Origin: a virus | Strand: one strand, 5' to 3' | DNA length: 64,000 nt | IMG/VR virus record: IMGVR_UViG_3300038393_000573 | Coordinates: 1 to 64,000 of that record | Made by a program: the position numbers and the translations under genes | The notes under the pieces: model-generated | Told to the model about the DNA's origin: nothing | Seen by the model: only the letters and a program-made list of their open reading frames with translations | The model's database searches: none | Part shown: in pieces, positions 51,565-60,150 of the stretch | Position numbering within the stretch: the stretch's first letter is position 1 | How the letters are laid out: the number at the start of each line of letters is the position of its first letter

Positions 51565-51867
51565 ATGGATTTTGAAACGTTGAGGACGTGGGCACTGCCG
51601 CTGATTGGCGCGTTGTGCGCTGTCATGTGGTGGTTATACCAGCAGGCTAGCAAAAAGATGGACGAGACGGCGAAAGACTTGGCAGATTTCAAGCTTCATG
51701 TGGCAGAGAAGTATGTTAACCACAATGACCTTGCGGATGCGATGAATGGCATCAAGGAGGTATTGGGCGGCATGAGTCGCCAAATCGTGACCCTCTCTGA
51801 AGACTTCAAGGACTTCAGTAAGAGGGTTTATGACAAACTGGACCAGAAGGCCGACAAGACGAATTAA
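51565..51867 (+). CDS. membrane-anchored coiled-coil protein (lysis cassette candidate)
   Basis: N-terminal TM WALPLIGALCAVMWWLY, then a charged helical region; adjacent to the endolysin. Confidence 0.5.
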   Translation: MDFETLRTWALPLIGALCAVMWWLYQQASKKMDETAKDLADFKLHVAEKYVNHNDLADAMNGIKEVLGGMSRQIVTLSEDFKDFSKRVYDKLDQKADKTN

Positions 51868-51876
51868 GGAAGAAGT

Positions 51877-52419
51877 GTGAAGGTAGAACAAATCATTGAC
51901 GGCATCATTCGTACTGAAGGCGGCTATTCCAATAACCCGGCAGATACGGGCGGTGCAACGAAATACGGCATCACGGAGAAGGTCGCTAGGGCGCATGGCT
52001 ACACAGGAGATATGAAAGACTTGCCGCGTGATTTGGCCTACAACATCTACCTACAGACGTATTGGCTTGAGCCGGGCTTGGACAAGGTAGCGCAGTTGTC
52101 GGAAGCGATTGCTGAAGAAGTGTGCGACACGGGGGTGAACTGCGGAGTGAATGCAGCCAAACCGATGTTGCAGCGGGCGCTCAATGCGCTCAACCGACAA
52201 GGCCGCGACTTCGCGGACATTGCTACAGACGGACAAATTGGCCCCGGCACACTAAGTGCTTTGGCTACCTTCCTCGCTAAGCGGGGGAAAGACGGCGAAG
52301 CAGTTTTGCTGCGAGTGTTGAACTCCCTGCAGTGCGTGCGCTACTTGGAAATATCAGAGAAGCGGCCAGCCAATGAGGAATTCTTCTTCGGTTGGGTTTT
52401 GAACCGCGTAGTCATTTAA
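51877..52419 (+). CDS. endolysin, GH108 lysozyme-like N-terminus with PG-binding C-terminus
   Basis: EGGYSNNPADTGGATKYGIT signature; DGQIGPGTLSAL peptidoglycan-binding-like motif. Confidence 0.85.
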   Translation: MKVEQIIDGIIRTEGGYSNNPADTGGATKYGITEKVARAHGYTGDMKDLPRDLAYNIYLQTYWLEPGLDKVAQLSEAIAEEVCDTGVNCGVNAAKPMLQRALNALNRQGRDFADIATDGQIGPGTLSALATFLAKRGKDGEAVLLRVLNSLQCVRYLEISEKRPANEEFFFGWVLNRVVI

Positions 52420-52429
52420 GGAGCTACCT

Positions 52430-52882
52430 ATGAAAGATAAGATCGCAGCGGTTTGGGAACTTTTCAAAGTAGGTTCCGCTATCGCAAACCCCGGCAAGGG
52501 CAAGGCCGTGCAACTGACGGCAACGGTCATCGCGGGCGTACTGCTCGCCCTTGCACACGTCTACAAGGCATTCACAGGCCATGACCTCCCCCTCGATCAA
52601 AGCACGGCGGATGCTATCGGCACTGGCGCTATCGCTATCATTAACGTTGTCGGCACACTCGTTACAAGCCGCACCATCGGTGTCAATGGATTGCAGCCCG
52701 CAGGCGAGCCCGATGCCGAGCCTATGCCTAGCCCTCAGCCAGCACGAGAAAGTGCCCCACAGCCCGTTTCCGTGGCTCCCGCAGGGGGTTCAGTGCCACG
52801 TGTCGATGACGCCACACGTGAGCGAGCCGCCGCTTGGCTCCGACAGCAGGAAGTTGACCAGTACGGAAAAGCTGGCGGATAA
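52430..52882 (+). CDS. putative holin / membrane protein
   Basis: Two TM segments (LTATVIAGVLLALAHVY, GTGAIAIINVVGTLV); follows the endolysin. Confidence 0.5.
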   Translation: MKDKIAAVWELFKVGSAIANPGKGKAVQLTATVIAGVLLALAHVYKAFTGHDLPLDQSTADAIGTGAIAIINVVGTLVTSRTIGVNGLQPAGEPDAEPMPSPQPARESAPQPVSVAPAGGSVPRVDDATRERAAAWLRQQEVDQYGKAGG

Positions 52883-52993
52883 CGTAAAAGACCTCGCCAG
52901 TCAAGCCCACGATTTAGTCATGGTCAAGCTGAGCGAGGTCGATGGCCTGACGGCCACAATTAAGTGTAAGTTTTAGCTCGTGGTAGAGCTTTG

Positions 52994-53029
52994 GACGTAC
53001 TCCTTCGGGGGTGCGTCTTTTTTTTTTTT
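52994..53029 (+). terminator. strong intrinsic terminator ending the late operon
   Basis: GACGTACTCC-TTCG-GGGGTGCGTC followed by T12. Confidence 0.85.
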
Positions 53030-53124
53030 CGATTCAGAAGCGGTGAGCCGTCGCCAACCCTGTTTTAATTGCTGAGTGCCCGTGGTACACTAGCGCCGGA
53101 AACAAGGTTGTGCTGACCATCACA

Positions 53125-53388
53125 TTACTTCTTAAGGCCCTTCACAAAAGTGCCGATGCTGTTGAAGAACTCCACCGCCGCGTCAATCGTGGTGCTGATG
53201 GCAGCGGCGATGTCGGCGAACGGGATGGTGGGTTTCGTTGCGTTGTATGCAGCTTCCACGAGTTTCAGCGCCAGCGCCTTTTTGGCAGCGCCTTTTCCAC
53301 TGGTGGAATCGATTTCCTCCAGTTCACGAATGACAGCGATGACTTTGGGCGTGATGCTCAGGACGGCGGAAATAATTTGCAGGTTCAT
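53125..53388 (-). CDS. hypothetical protein
   Basis: AAGGAAG SD; ORF track. Confidence 0.6.
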   Translation of the reverse strand: MNLQIISAVLSITPKVIAVIRELEEIDSTSGKGAAKKALALKLVEAAYNATKPTIPFADIAAAISTTIDAAVEFFNSIGTFVKGLKK

Positions 53389-53442
53389 GGTTTGGGTCTT
53401 CCTTAAAGGTTGTTGTTTCAGGGTTCCTCTTGCGAGGAAATT

Positions 53443-53640
53443 TCAGGTCGGTGTGGTGTCACCATCGAGTACGCGGTCAAGGGCTGCAAAAACTTCGCCT
53501 TCTTCCGCTGCTTCTTTGGTCGCTTCCTTGAAGCGGGCTTTGAAATACTTGGACAAGACCTTCTTAGGAAGACCCGTCTTTTCAGACGCTGCCGTTATCA
53601 TTTCCTTGAACTCGGTTTTGTAGGACTCTGCCGCGTTCAA
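53443..53640 (-). CDS. hypothetical protein (start uncertain)
   Basis: ORF track; the frame stays open upstream without a canonical start. Confidence 0.45.
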   Translation of the reverse strand: MNAAESYKTEFKEMITAASEKTGLPKKVLSKYFKARFKEATKEAAEEGEVFAALDRVLDGDTTPT

Positions 53641-53780
53641 GATTCGGAAACTGTCGTCAGTGTAGCTCCTTAGCTCTGCTGGGACAATGGTGACATCGCC
53701 AACTGTTACGTTTTCGTTGCTGATTTGAAACTCCTAGTAAACTGACCTATTGACAGGTCTGGTTGATTGGTGGTAGTGGG

Positions 53781-54023
53781 TTAGATGTAACCCAGCACAA
53801 CGCCAATCGGCGCAACGACAATGCCGATGACGCGAAGAATGTCCTGTACGCCAAACGCAGCCAACGCAGGGCCGTGCCAGATGGCAACGATGTTCGCTAC
53901 CCAGCCGACAATTCCAGCGGTCCAAAGACCGATGAGGCAGCCCCCTAAGCCTGCTTCGGCCCCTGCGAAGCCAAAGAGGATGGTAAGGGCGACAACCACG
54001 CCCAGCATGATAAAAAAGAGCAT
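53781..54023 (-). CDS. small integral membrane protein
   Basis: AAAGGAA SD; three hydrophobic segments. Confidence 0.6.
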   Translation of the reverse strand: MLFFIMLGVVVALTILFGFAGAEAGLGGCLIGLWTAGIVGWVANIVAIWHGPALAAFGVQDILRVIGIVVAPIGVVLGYI

Positions 54024-54043
54024 AAGTTTCCTTTCTTGTACAG

Positions 54044-54502
54044 TTATTGAAGCCAGAGTGTTGCGTCGGAGTCTTTGAAGACACGTTCGAAAATCTCTAG
54101 CAGCTTGTCCCGGTTGCCATTCGCCAGCCCGCCACCGATGAACGGTAGATGGATGGGAATGCCTCCCGGCAGTTGGGCAGCGAATCGGGCCACAGTGCTC
54201 AGGGCCTTTTCCACTGCTTCGTAGTCTACGTAGACAATGCTCTTGTCGTTGCCGTAGAACTCTTGCGTGATGGCGTTGACGATGATGTGGCCGTCCGTGT
54301 CCGTGTAGCCGTTGATGTCACCCAGCATCAACCCGTGGGCCTCTTCAGCCGTCTTGTAGATTTTGTAGGCATCGGGGAACTTGTTCCGCAGCTTGCCTGC
54401 AAACCCACTCTCCATCTTCCCTTGTGCGTTGCAGCCGTGCACGATTAGCGCAGGCGGCTTCACGTTAGCGAATAAGTCGCCCTCAACGATCTTCAGAGCC
54501 AT
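54044..54502 (-). CDS. macro-domain protein (ADP-ribose binding/hydrolase fold)
   Basis: EGDLF...ALIVHGCNAQGKMESGFAGKLRNKFPDAY and PFIGGGLANG match macro-domain signatures. Confidence 0.8.
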   Translation of the reverse strand: MALKIVEGDLFANVKPPALIVHGCNAQGKMESGFAGKLRNKFPDAYKIYKTAEEAHGLMLGDINGYTDTDGHIIVNAITQEFYGNDKSIVYVDYEAVEKALSTVARFAAQLPGGIPIHLPFIGGGLANGNRDKLLEIFERVFKDSDATLWLQ

Positions 54503-54731
54503 TACCTTCCTTCTTCGGATGCTTGAGGATACTCTTCAAGTAGACCTCCAACATCCCAATTTCAGTTTCGATCTTCGCTCGCCCGATCTTGGGGTCACGA
54601 ACCTTCTTGACAGCGTGCAGAATGTCGTCTACACCCTTACCCTGCCTGAACACAAGGCCGTAGTCGGCCTCGATTGCAGCAACCCGGACGCCCTTAAGAA
54701 GCAAGTCCGTTGCGAGTTGGTAGTAGGACAC
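54483..54731 (-). CDS. hypothetical protein
   Basis: ORF track; overlaps the macro gene start by 20 nt. Confidence 0.5.
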   Translation of the reverse strand: MSYYQLATDLLLKGVRVAAIEADYGLVFRQGKGVDDILHAVKKVRDPKIGRAKIETEIGMLEVYLKSILKHPKKEGNGSEDR

Positions 54732-54732
54732 C

Positions 54733-54894
54733 TTACTTCGTAAGTTCTTTCACTTCGTCCTTGACAACACGGGCTGCATCCACCACGGGCTCCAGTACGG
54801 CGTTGGCAACGTCAGCAACCACTTCCACAGGGGTAAGGGCCACTTCAGCCACCTTCGCCACTACGTCTGTGACGCTCTTGAACAGTCCAAACAT
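54733..54894 (-). CDS. hypothetical protein (53 aa)
   Basis: AAGGAAGAAAAG SD before the internal ATG of ORF 54733..54930. Confidence 0.45.
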   Translation of the reverse strand: MFGLFKSVTDVVAKVAEVALTPVEVVADVANAVLEPVVDAARVVKDEVKELTK

Positions 54895-54952
54895 CTTTTC
54901 TTCCTTTGTAAGAAGCAAGCAGTGTAGCACTGCCTGCCGAGCTTGTCAAGAA

Positions 54953-56269
54953 TTAAATCACGTACCAGCGAAGGTTACGGGGAGCCGTAGGACCAGCATC
55001 CCGGAGTACCTTGCCAGTCTTTCGAGCATGGTCGCGCCCTTCGTCCCGCGTGGTGAAGAACTTCCGTTGCAAAGCCGCAGCCAACGCCAGCTTCACCGGG
55101 CTGCTCGCCGGGGCAGTTGCTTGCACAGCGGCCACGGCAGACTGGCCCACGAGTGCCACAGCGCGTTGCGTCAGCGCATCGTCCGGCTTGGCTTGACCGT
55201 TAGCCAGCCACGGGAAGTCCGCAGCCGTGAAGCCCGTACCCTTGGCAGGCCAGTACAGCACGCTCGTGCCTGCTACCAGCTTGCGGTTGATAGACGTGGA
55301 CTGGATGAAGATGTCGAACTGTGGCGTGGCGTCGGGATGCAGGCGCACATAACCCTTGGGCGAACGCACAGGCATGTTCAGCAGTTGGCGTGCTGCGTCA
55401 CCGCTGTACACCTTGCCGTTGGCCTTGTCGCGGATGGCAATGAGCTTGCCGTCTTGCACGCGGGCTTCCGTTTTCGTCAGTTGGTAGAACGCAGCACCCT
55501 TCAGGAACGGCGCACCGGCAAGGCGCTTCATAGCCCACGGTTGGATTTCCTCGCCGTCTTCAGTAGGCAGCACACCCCAAATGCTCACTTCCTTGGAAAC
55601 GTCCGTGAGCGTGGCTTGGACGGTTTGTGCCGTCACGCTCTGAGCGTCAGCGTAGAACACGTTGGAGCCGCGCTTGCCAGCCGCACGAGTCGCATAAAAC
55701 GTGTCGATAGCCGTCTTCGTCTGCACGGTAGATTGCGCCATGCCTGCATCCGTTGTATCCCACTCTTGGATGTTGCCGGGATAGATGTTCAGGCCCTCAA
55801 GATACCCGCGTGCACCACGCGGAACACGGAACACAAAAGTCCAACGCTCCGTCTGCTGAAGCTCTGCGATCTTGCGGGCCAGCATCGAGCGGTTCCAACG
55901 CACCGATTGGTTCTCTTGCCCGTCAGTCGTCACCATGATAAGGAACGACACGTGGGGCTCGTTTGCATCCGGCAGGGATTCAAACAGAGTGATGAGGTCG
56001 CCAATGGCATCGTACATCGCTGTCATGCCAGCAACAGGCCATTGCGTCACAGGCTTCAGCACGTGCGGGTTGCTGTTGACAATGCGACGAGTAACCTTAC
56101 TGCCGAAGTCCACAGCCGATACGATGGTATCCAGCATTTCACGGCTGGCAGCTTCGCGGATGGCTTGAGTGTTCGCGTTGGAATCGCGGATGGCAGCATT
56201 TGCCAGCGTCCCCATCGAACCCGAGTGGTCATCGGCAAAGCCGACATAATTCTTGAATTGCTTCGTCAT
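54953..56269 (-). CDS. von Willebrand factor A (vWA) domain protein with C-terminal domain of unknown function
   Basis: AAGGAAGAAA SD; MIDAS DDHSGSM, TAMYDAIG, VTTDGQEN; starts 16 nt after the NAMPT-like stop. Confidence 0.8.
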   Translation of the reverse strand: MTKQFKNYVGFADDHSGSMGTLANAAIRDSNANTQAIREAASREMLDTIVSAVDFGSKVTRRIVNSNPHVLKPVTQWPVAGMTAMYDAIGDLITLFESLPDANEPHVSFLIMVTTDGQENQSVRWNRSMLARKIAELQQTERWTFVFRVPRGARGYLEGLNIYPGNIQEWDTTDAGMAQSTVQTKTAIDTFYATRAAGKRGSNVFYADAQSVTAQTVQATLTDVSKEVSIWGVLPTEDGEEIQPWAMKRLAGAPFLKGAAFYQLTKTEARVQDGKLIAIRDKANGKVYSGDAARQLLNMPVRSPKGYVRLHPDATPQFDIFIQSTSINRKLVAGTSVLYWPAKGTGFTAADFPWLANGQAKPDDALTQRAVALVGQSAVAAVQATAPASSPVKLALAAALQRKFFTTRDEGRDHARKTGKVLRDAGPTAPRNLRWYVI

Positions 56270-56285
56270 TTTCTTCCTTTCGTTG

Positions 56286-57941
56286 TTAAAACTTGATAGT
56301 GGTGATGCCAAGCCGATACCGAATGGTTTCGTACTTCTCATCCCTGTGCAGCGAGCCGCAGTAGAAGACGGTTTCCAGTGCGCCTTGCGCTTCTTGCTCT
56401 CGCGTCTGCTGGTCGTAGAGGACGAAGTTGTCGCCCTCCTTCTCCACACGCAGCAAGCCCTTAGCAGACTTCTTCATGCCGTCACCCGTAGCTGGGTCTT
56501 TGAACAGTTCGCGGTCTTCACCCTCCACCACGCCGAACGTTGCCTTCATTGCCATGCCGAAGGTGTCCCGCGTCACGTATTGGTACGTGAAGCTGCCGAT
56601 GCCGAACACGAGGTTGCCTGCGCTGAAGCCCTTGGCCGCAAGGCGGCTGAGGATGGCTTCCTCCCGGTCCAACGTGATGCTGTCACCGTAGATGAGGCCC
56701 ACACGCTGATTCAGCGTCTTGTAGCCCTTCTCATTGGTGTCACCACCGAAGATGTCCCACAGGCACTCCACAGCACCCTTGACGACATGCTCAGGCACTT
56801 CCTTGCCGAGTGTGATACCCGTGGGCCACGAGTCGTCATAGCTGTAGTGGTAATCCACTTCGTACTCGTAGAACTTGCCTTCGTACTTCACCACTTCCTC
56901 GCCATTGACATCATCGTAGTCGTCAAGGCTTTGGATTTCCTTGTACGTCAGGCCCGTGATGATCTTCACCGGGTCGCCCGAATCGGGGCGGAACACCAGC
57001 TTGGCATTGCCCAGCGCATCGGGTTGTCGTGCGAGGATTTCATCCTTCAGTTCCAGCGCCGTTTGCGTGATGACTTTCCAGAAGTCCCACGTGTCGGACA
57101 CGATAGACAAGATGCCAGTGGGGTAGCGAGCCATCAGGCGGCGGAAAGTTTCCTTCTCATCTTCCTTGCCACCCATGCACATGACGCTGTGCTCCGTAGC
57201 CGGAACGCCCCCGCCAAGCAGTTCGAACTCCGCATCGGCGTTGTAGTATTCCTCCAGCCAATCGAGGGCAAGGATGTTGTCCGTGCCGTAGCCCGTTGCA
57301 GCCATGTGTGCACCGCCCGTGGGGCCAGCCGCCATCAGGCCATCGAGTCCACGCATGGAGAAGTCGTGAAGCTGCCAATCCACGAACTGCGGGGCAGAGC
57401 CCGTGATTTCCTGCCACTTGCGTAGGATTCGGCGGAACTCGTAGGCGATGGTAGCCACAGTGATAGGCTTCCAGCATTCAGCCGAGAACGCATCCTCCAG
57501 ATAGTTCGTCAGCCAGAAGAACTCCGGGTAGTTGGGATGGTTCGTCACCGTGAACAGCGGCACCTTCAGGTTCACACGGGAGCCTTCCGGCAGGGCCTTG
57601 ACGATGACAGGCAGGAAGCCAAGATCGTGCAGGGCTGCAATGTGTTCGGAAGTCACCACGCCAGCACCCAGCGCCGCGTCCATGCGACGGGTGTAGCGTG
57701 CGACGACTTTGTGCTTGGGCTTGTCGAAGAACTCGCGGTTCCACTGGTCGATCAAGAAGCCCTTGACCATTGCCTGCAGGCCGAAGAACACCACTTTGCC
57801 GTCCCACTCCTTGGGCATCCGTGCGTGCGTTGCTGCTCGGGCCGTGAAGTTGGAGTACACCTGTTGCGTGCCGGGCACGTATTGGTAGATATGCCCGGTC
57901 TTGTAGAAGTCACAGGCGTGGGGAGGGAAGATGTTGAACAT
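56286..57941 (-). CDS. nadV: nicotinamide phosphoribosyltransferase (NAMPT/NadV) family protein; candidate nicotinamide ADPR-transferase (Namat) of a NARP1-type pathway
   Basis: HDFSMRG, GGAHMAA, VPATEHS, SIVSDTWD, FRPDSGDP, GLIYGDS, GIGSFTYQYVTRD in NAMPT order. Confidence 0.85.
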   Translation of the reverse strand: MFNIFPPHACDFYKTGHIYQYVPGTQQVYSNFTARAATHARMPKEWDGKVVFFGLQAMVKGFLIDQWNREFFDKPKHKVVARYTRRMDAALGAGVVTSEHIAALHDLGFLPVIVKALPEGSRVNLKVPLFTVTNHPNYPEFFWLTNYLEDAFSAECWKPITVATIAYEFRRILRKWQEITGSAPQFVDWQLHDFSMRGLDGLMAAGPTGGAHMAATGYGTDNILALDWLEEYYNADAEFELLGGGVPATEHSVMCMGGKEDEKETFRRLMARYPTGILSIVSDTWDFWKVITQTALELKDEILARQPDALGNAKLVFRPDSGDPVKIITGLTYKEIQSLDDYDDVNGEEVVKYEGKFYEYEVDYHYSYDDSWPTGITLGKEVPEHVVKGAVECLWDIFGGDTNEKGYKTLNQRVGLIYGDSITLDREEAILSRLAAKGFSAGNLVFGIGSFTYQYVTRDTFGMAMKATFGVVEGEDRELFKDPATGDGMKKSAKGLLRVEKEGDNFVLYDQQTREQEAQGALETVFYCGSLHRDEKYETIRYRLGITTIKF

Positions 57942-57956
57942 TGTTTCTGTCCTTTC

Positions 57957-58781
57957 TTACTTGTTGTGGTTGCTGATGATGAGTGGATGCAGGGAGTCTG
58001 CAGCCTTGCCCATGTAGTTCGTGACGTAGATGCGATCAACGATGCCGTTGAAAACATCCACGCCAGCCGAGAAGATGCCGTGCGTGACGTACAGGAAAAT
58101 CTTCCCTTCCGTCAGAGGTCGCAGCTTCTTCGCAAGTTCCACGAACGTTCTGCCGCCATCGCAGATGTCGTCCAAGATGAGGAAGTTTCTGCTGCCGATA
58201 TGTTCGCTGTACACGATGGTGTCAAGGATTGCTCCCGTGCGAGTGTCGCGCAGCTTGTCTGCACGCACCACGTCATCGAAGGAGTGTTCCTTGGCGAACG
58301 TCAGCACCTTCTTGTTGGCCCCGGCATCCGGGCTCACTAGCACTGTTTCATCGCGGCGCAGGGCTCCGGTAAACCAGAAGGCAGCATCCGCTTGGGTCAT
58401 GTGCCGCAGATTATCCAGTAACGCAACGCCAACTTCAGAGTGGATGTCCTTCACGAACACAGCATCGAACTTAAGACTGTTGATGAAGTCGCACGCAACT
58501 TTCACGCTAAGTGATTCGCCGGGGCTGCACACACGATCCTGACGTGCGTAGGGAAGGTAGGGCATGTCCAACGTGATTCGGCCCACATTCACATTGCGAC
58601 GGATGGCGTCCACGAGCAAGGCGAGATTGAACAGGTCATCGTTGCCTTCGAAGCGCATGACGATGCGTGCGCCGAGGTCCACGCCAGCTTGCGGAGTCTC
58701 GATACGCACGAGCGTTTCGCCACCGGGGAATCGCTTCCACGTGACAGGCACCTTGCGACCGTGGATGTACAGGTCGATCAC
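57957..58781 (-). CDS. prs: ribose-phosphate pyrophosphokinase (Prs) family protein; candidate ADPR-pyrophosphate synthetase (Adps) of a NARP1-type pathway
   Basis: AGGAGA SD then GTG, overlapping the upstream TGA (GTGA). Motifs PYLPYARQDR, VSPDAGA, ILDDICDGGRT, THGIFS. The Prs DLHAxQIQGFF loop is replaced by DIHSEVGVALLDNL. Confidence 0.8.
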   Translation of the reverse strand: MIDLYIHGRKVPVTWKRFPGGETLVRIETPQAGVDLGARIVMRFEGNDDLFNLALLVDAIRRNVNVGRITLDMPYLPYARQDRVCSPGESLSVKVACDFINSLKFDAVFVKDIHSEVGVALLDNLRHMTQADAAFWFTGALRRDETVLVSPDAGANKKVLTFAKEHSFDDVVRADKLRDTRTGAILDTIVYSEHIGSRNFLILDDICDGGRTFVELAKKLRPLTEGKIFLYVTHGIFSAGVDVFNGIVDRIYVTNYMGKAADSLHPLIISNHNK

Positions 58782-59107
58782 AGGTAGTTCTCCTGAATAT
58801 GTGCAGCCATTTCGCCCGCAAACGCACGACGAGTTGTCCCTGCTTCGCCTTCCCACATAAGGTGGACACCGTAATCGAGCGGGTCATCAGGCAGGTCCAT
58901 ATCGCGGAACACGTCTCGGCAGTAGTCGTAGCCAGAGTCCACAGGTTCTTCGCCAAGGTGGATGCCATTGGCGATGAAGGCGAACGCGATGTCCTTGCAA
59001 ATGCCAGCAGTTGCGCTTCTGGCAGTAGCACCGTCACGCAGTTCGATCAACCGCTTCACTGCCACCGCGTGAACGCTGGGGCTGTACTTGCTAAGCAGAT
59101 TTTTCAT
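58778..59107 (-). CDS. hypothetical protein
   Basis: AAGGAG SD; ORF track; translationally coupled to the prs-like gene. Confidence 0.65.
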   Translation of the reverse strand: MKNLLSKYSPSVHAVAVKRLIELRDGATARSATAGICKDIAFAFIANGIHLGEEPVDSGYDYCRDVFRDMDLPDDPLDYGVHLMWEGEAGTTRRAFAGEMAAHIQENYL

Positions 59108-59271
59108 TGCTTCTCTCCTTGTTTGGTTGCTATGCCATGAAGTGTACGGTACTTCTGTTCCACTTCCTTCATATGGGTGTCAAGTTTCTTCCATTCACCC
59201 TTCTGGTGTAGCTCCAGAGCAACACTGCCCTTGCACAGCCACACGCCGTTGTAGATGACAGCGCCTTTCAT
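59104..59271 (-). CDS. hypothetical protein (55 aa)
   Basis: ATGA coupling downstream; below track cutoff. Confidence 0.45.
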   Translation of the reverse strand: MKGAVIYNGVWLCKGSVALELHQKGEWKKLDTHMKEVEQKYRTLHGIATKQGEKQ

Positions 59272-59274
59272 GTG

Positions 59275-59436
59275 TCAGCCCATTGTGAACGTATCGCTGA
59301 TACGGACGTTGGAGCGGTGAAGGCACTGCTCGTAAGCGGCCAACGGAATCTTCCACTTGCCGTTTTCCGAGTACGCATCACACAGGAAGGTGTACTTGCG
59401 GCAACGGTTGATGATTGTGACGAAGACCTTCTTCAT
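59275..59436 (-). CDS. hypothetical protein (53 aa)
   Basis: ATG after GGAAATGAG; below track cutoff. Confidence 0.4.
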   Translation of the reverse strand: MKKVFVTIINRCRKYTFLCDAYSENGKWKIPLAAYEQCLHRSNVRISDTFTMG

Positions 59437-59447
59437 TGCTCATTTCC

Positions 59448-59765
59448 TCATTGGCCTTTGGCTTCGTATTCGTAGATCAGACGGTCAAGAAAGTCCTCGC
59501 GCCACTTCGTCATGTTGACACCGTTCACACGAAGGAACGTTTCCAGAGCAACGCCTGTCTTCCCTTCGTAGCCGTACTCCGTGCGGGCGACGTATTCGTT
59601 TGCTGTGTAGTATCCACGGATGCGAGCCTGTACGATGAGGGCTGCTTCCTTGGCTGTCACTCGATCATCGACAGCGAGGTCTTCCAGAGCAAGGCAAATG
59701 AATCCGCCGTTGCGTTCGGAATGCATCAGTGTCTTTGCTTCGCGGAATGCTTCGGACAGCTTCAC
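59448..59765 (-). CDS. hypothetical protein
   Basis: GGAG SD then GTG, overlapping the upstream TGA; frame of ORF 59448..59981. Confidence 0.5.
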   Translation of the reverse strand: MKLSEAFREAKTLMHSERNGGFICLALEDLAVDDRVTAKEAALIVQARIRGYYTANEYVARTEYGYEGKTGVALETFLRVNGVNMTKWREDFLDRLIYEYEAKGQ

Positions 59766-60070
59766 AGCGTCACTCCTTCGTCCTTGGCAACGGCTGCAGC
59801 AAGCATGAGCCACATGTAGCGAACACCTTGGCGCTCCGGGCCTTCCGGGTAGTTCTGGAACTTGCCCTTCAGACCGCCCGTGGCACAGCCGAGCGACTTC
59901 AGGAACTTGTCCGTAGCTGCAGCGCGACGATTTCTCGGGTTTTCGTAGCCCTCGAATTCCGCAGCCAGCGCAGAGTTGCAACTCCAGCGGCGATGATTGA
60001 AGTCATCGTTGTAGGGAAGGTACGTGTTGGCTGCTTCCCACAGCACGTCATGCATCTTGCGCTTTGCCAT
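59762..60070 (-). CDS. hypothetical protein
   Basis: AAGGAG SD; ORF track. Confidence 0.65.
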   Translation of the reverse strand: MAKRKMHDVLWEAANTYLPYNDDFNHRRWSCNSALAAEFEGYENPRNRRAAATDKFLKSLGCATGGLKGKFQNYPEGPERQGVRYMWLMLAAAVAKDEGVTL

Positions 60071-60098
60071 TGCTTGCTCCTTCTAGGATGGTTGGGGC

Positions 60099-60139
60099 AA
60101 AAAAAAAAAAACGACTGAAGCACGCAGTGTGCCTCAGCC
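60099..60139 (-). terminator. strong intrinsic terminator after the redoxin gene
   Basis: 13-bp stem ACGGCTGAGGCAC/GTGCTTCAGTCGT (two G:U pairs) followed by T13 on the minus strand. Confidence 0.85.
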
Positions 60140-60150
60140 GTCCAGTAGTG

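Noticed and set aside
52857-52976. Possible small spanin or lysis ORF after the holin-like gene
   Set aside because: The only candidate start is a TTG directly abutting the GGAAG, with no spacing, and there is no lipobox or TM segment. The embedded ORF 52551..52976 lacks a convincing lipoprotein signal.
54710-57425. Plus-strand ORFs of 528 and 390 aa
   Set aside because: They lie antisense to the vWA and NAMPT-like genes, both of which carry clear family motifs. The plus-strand products are Arg/His/Val-rich with no recognisable motif.
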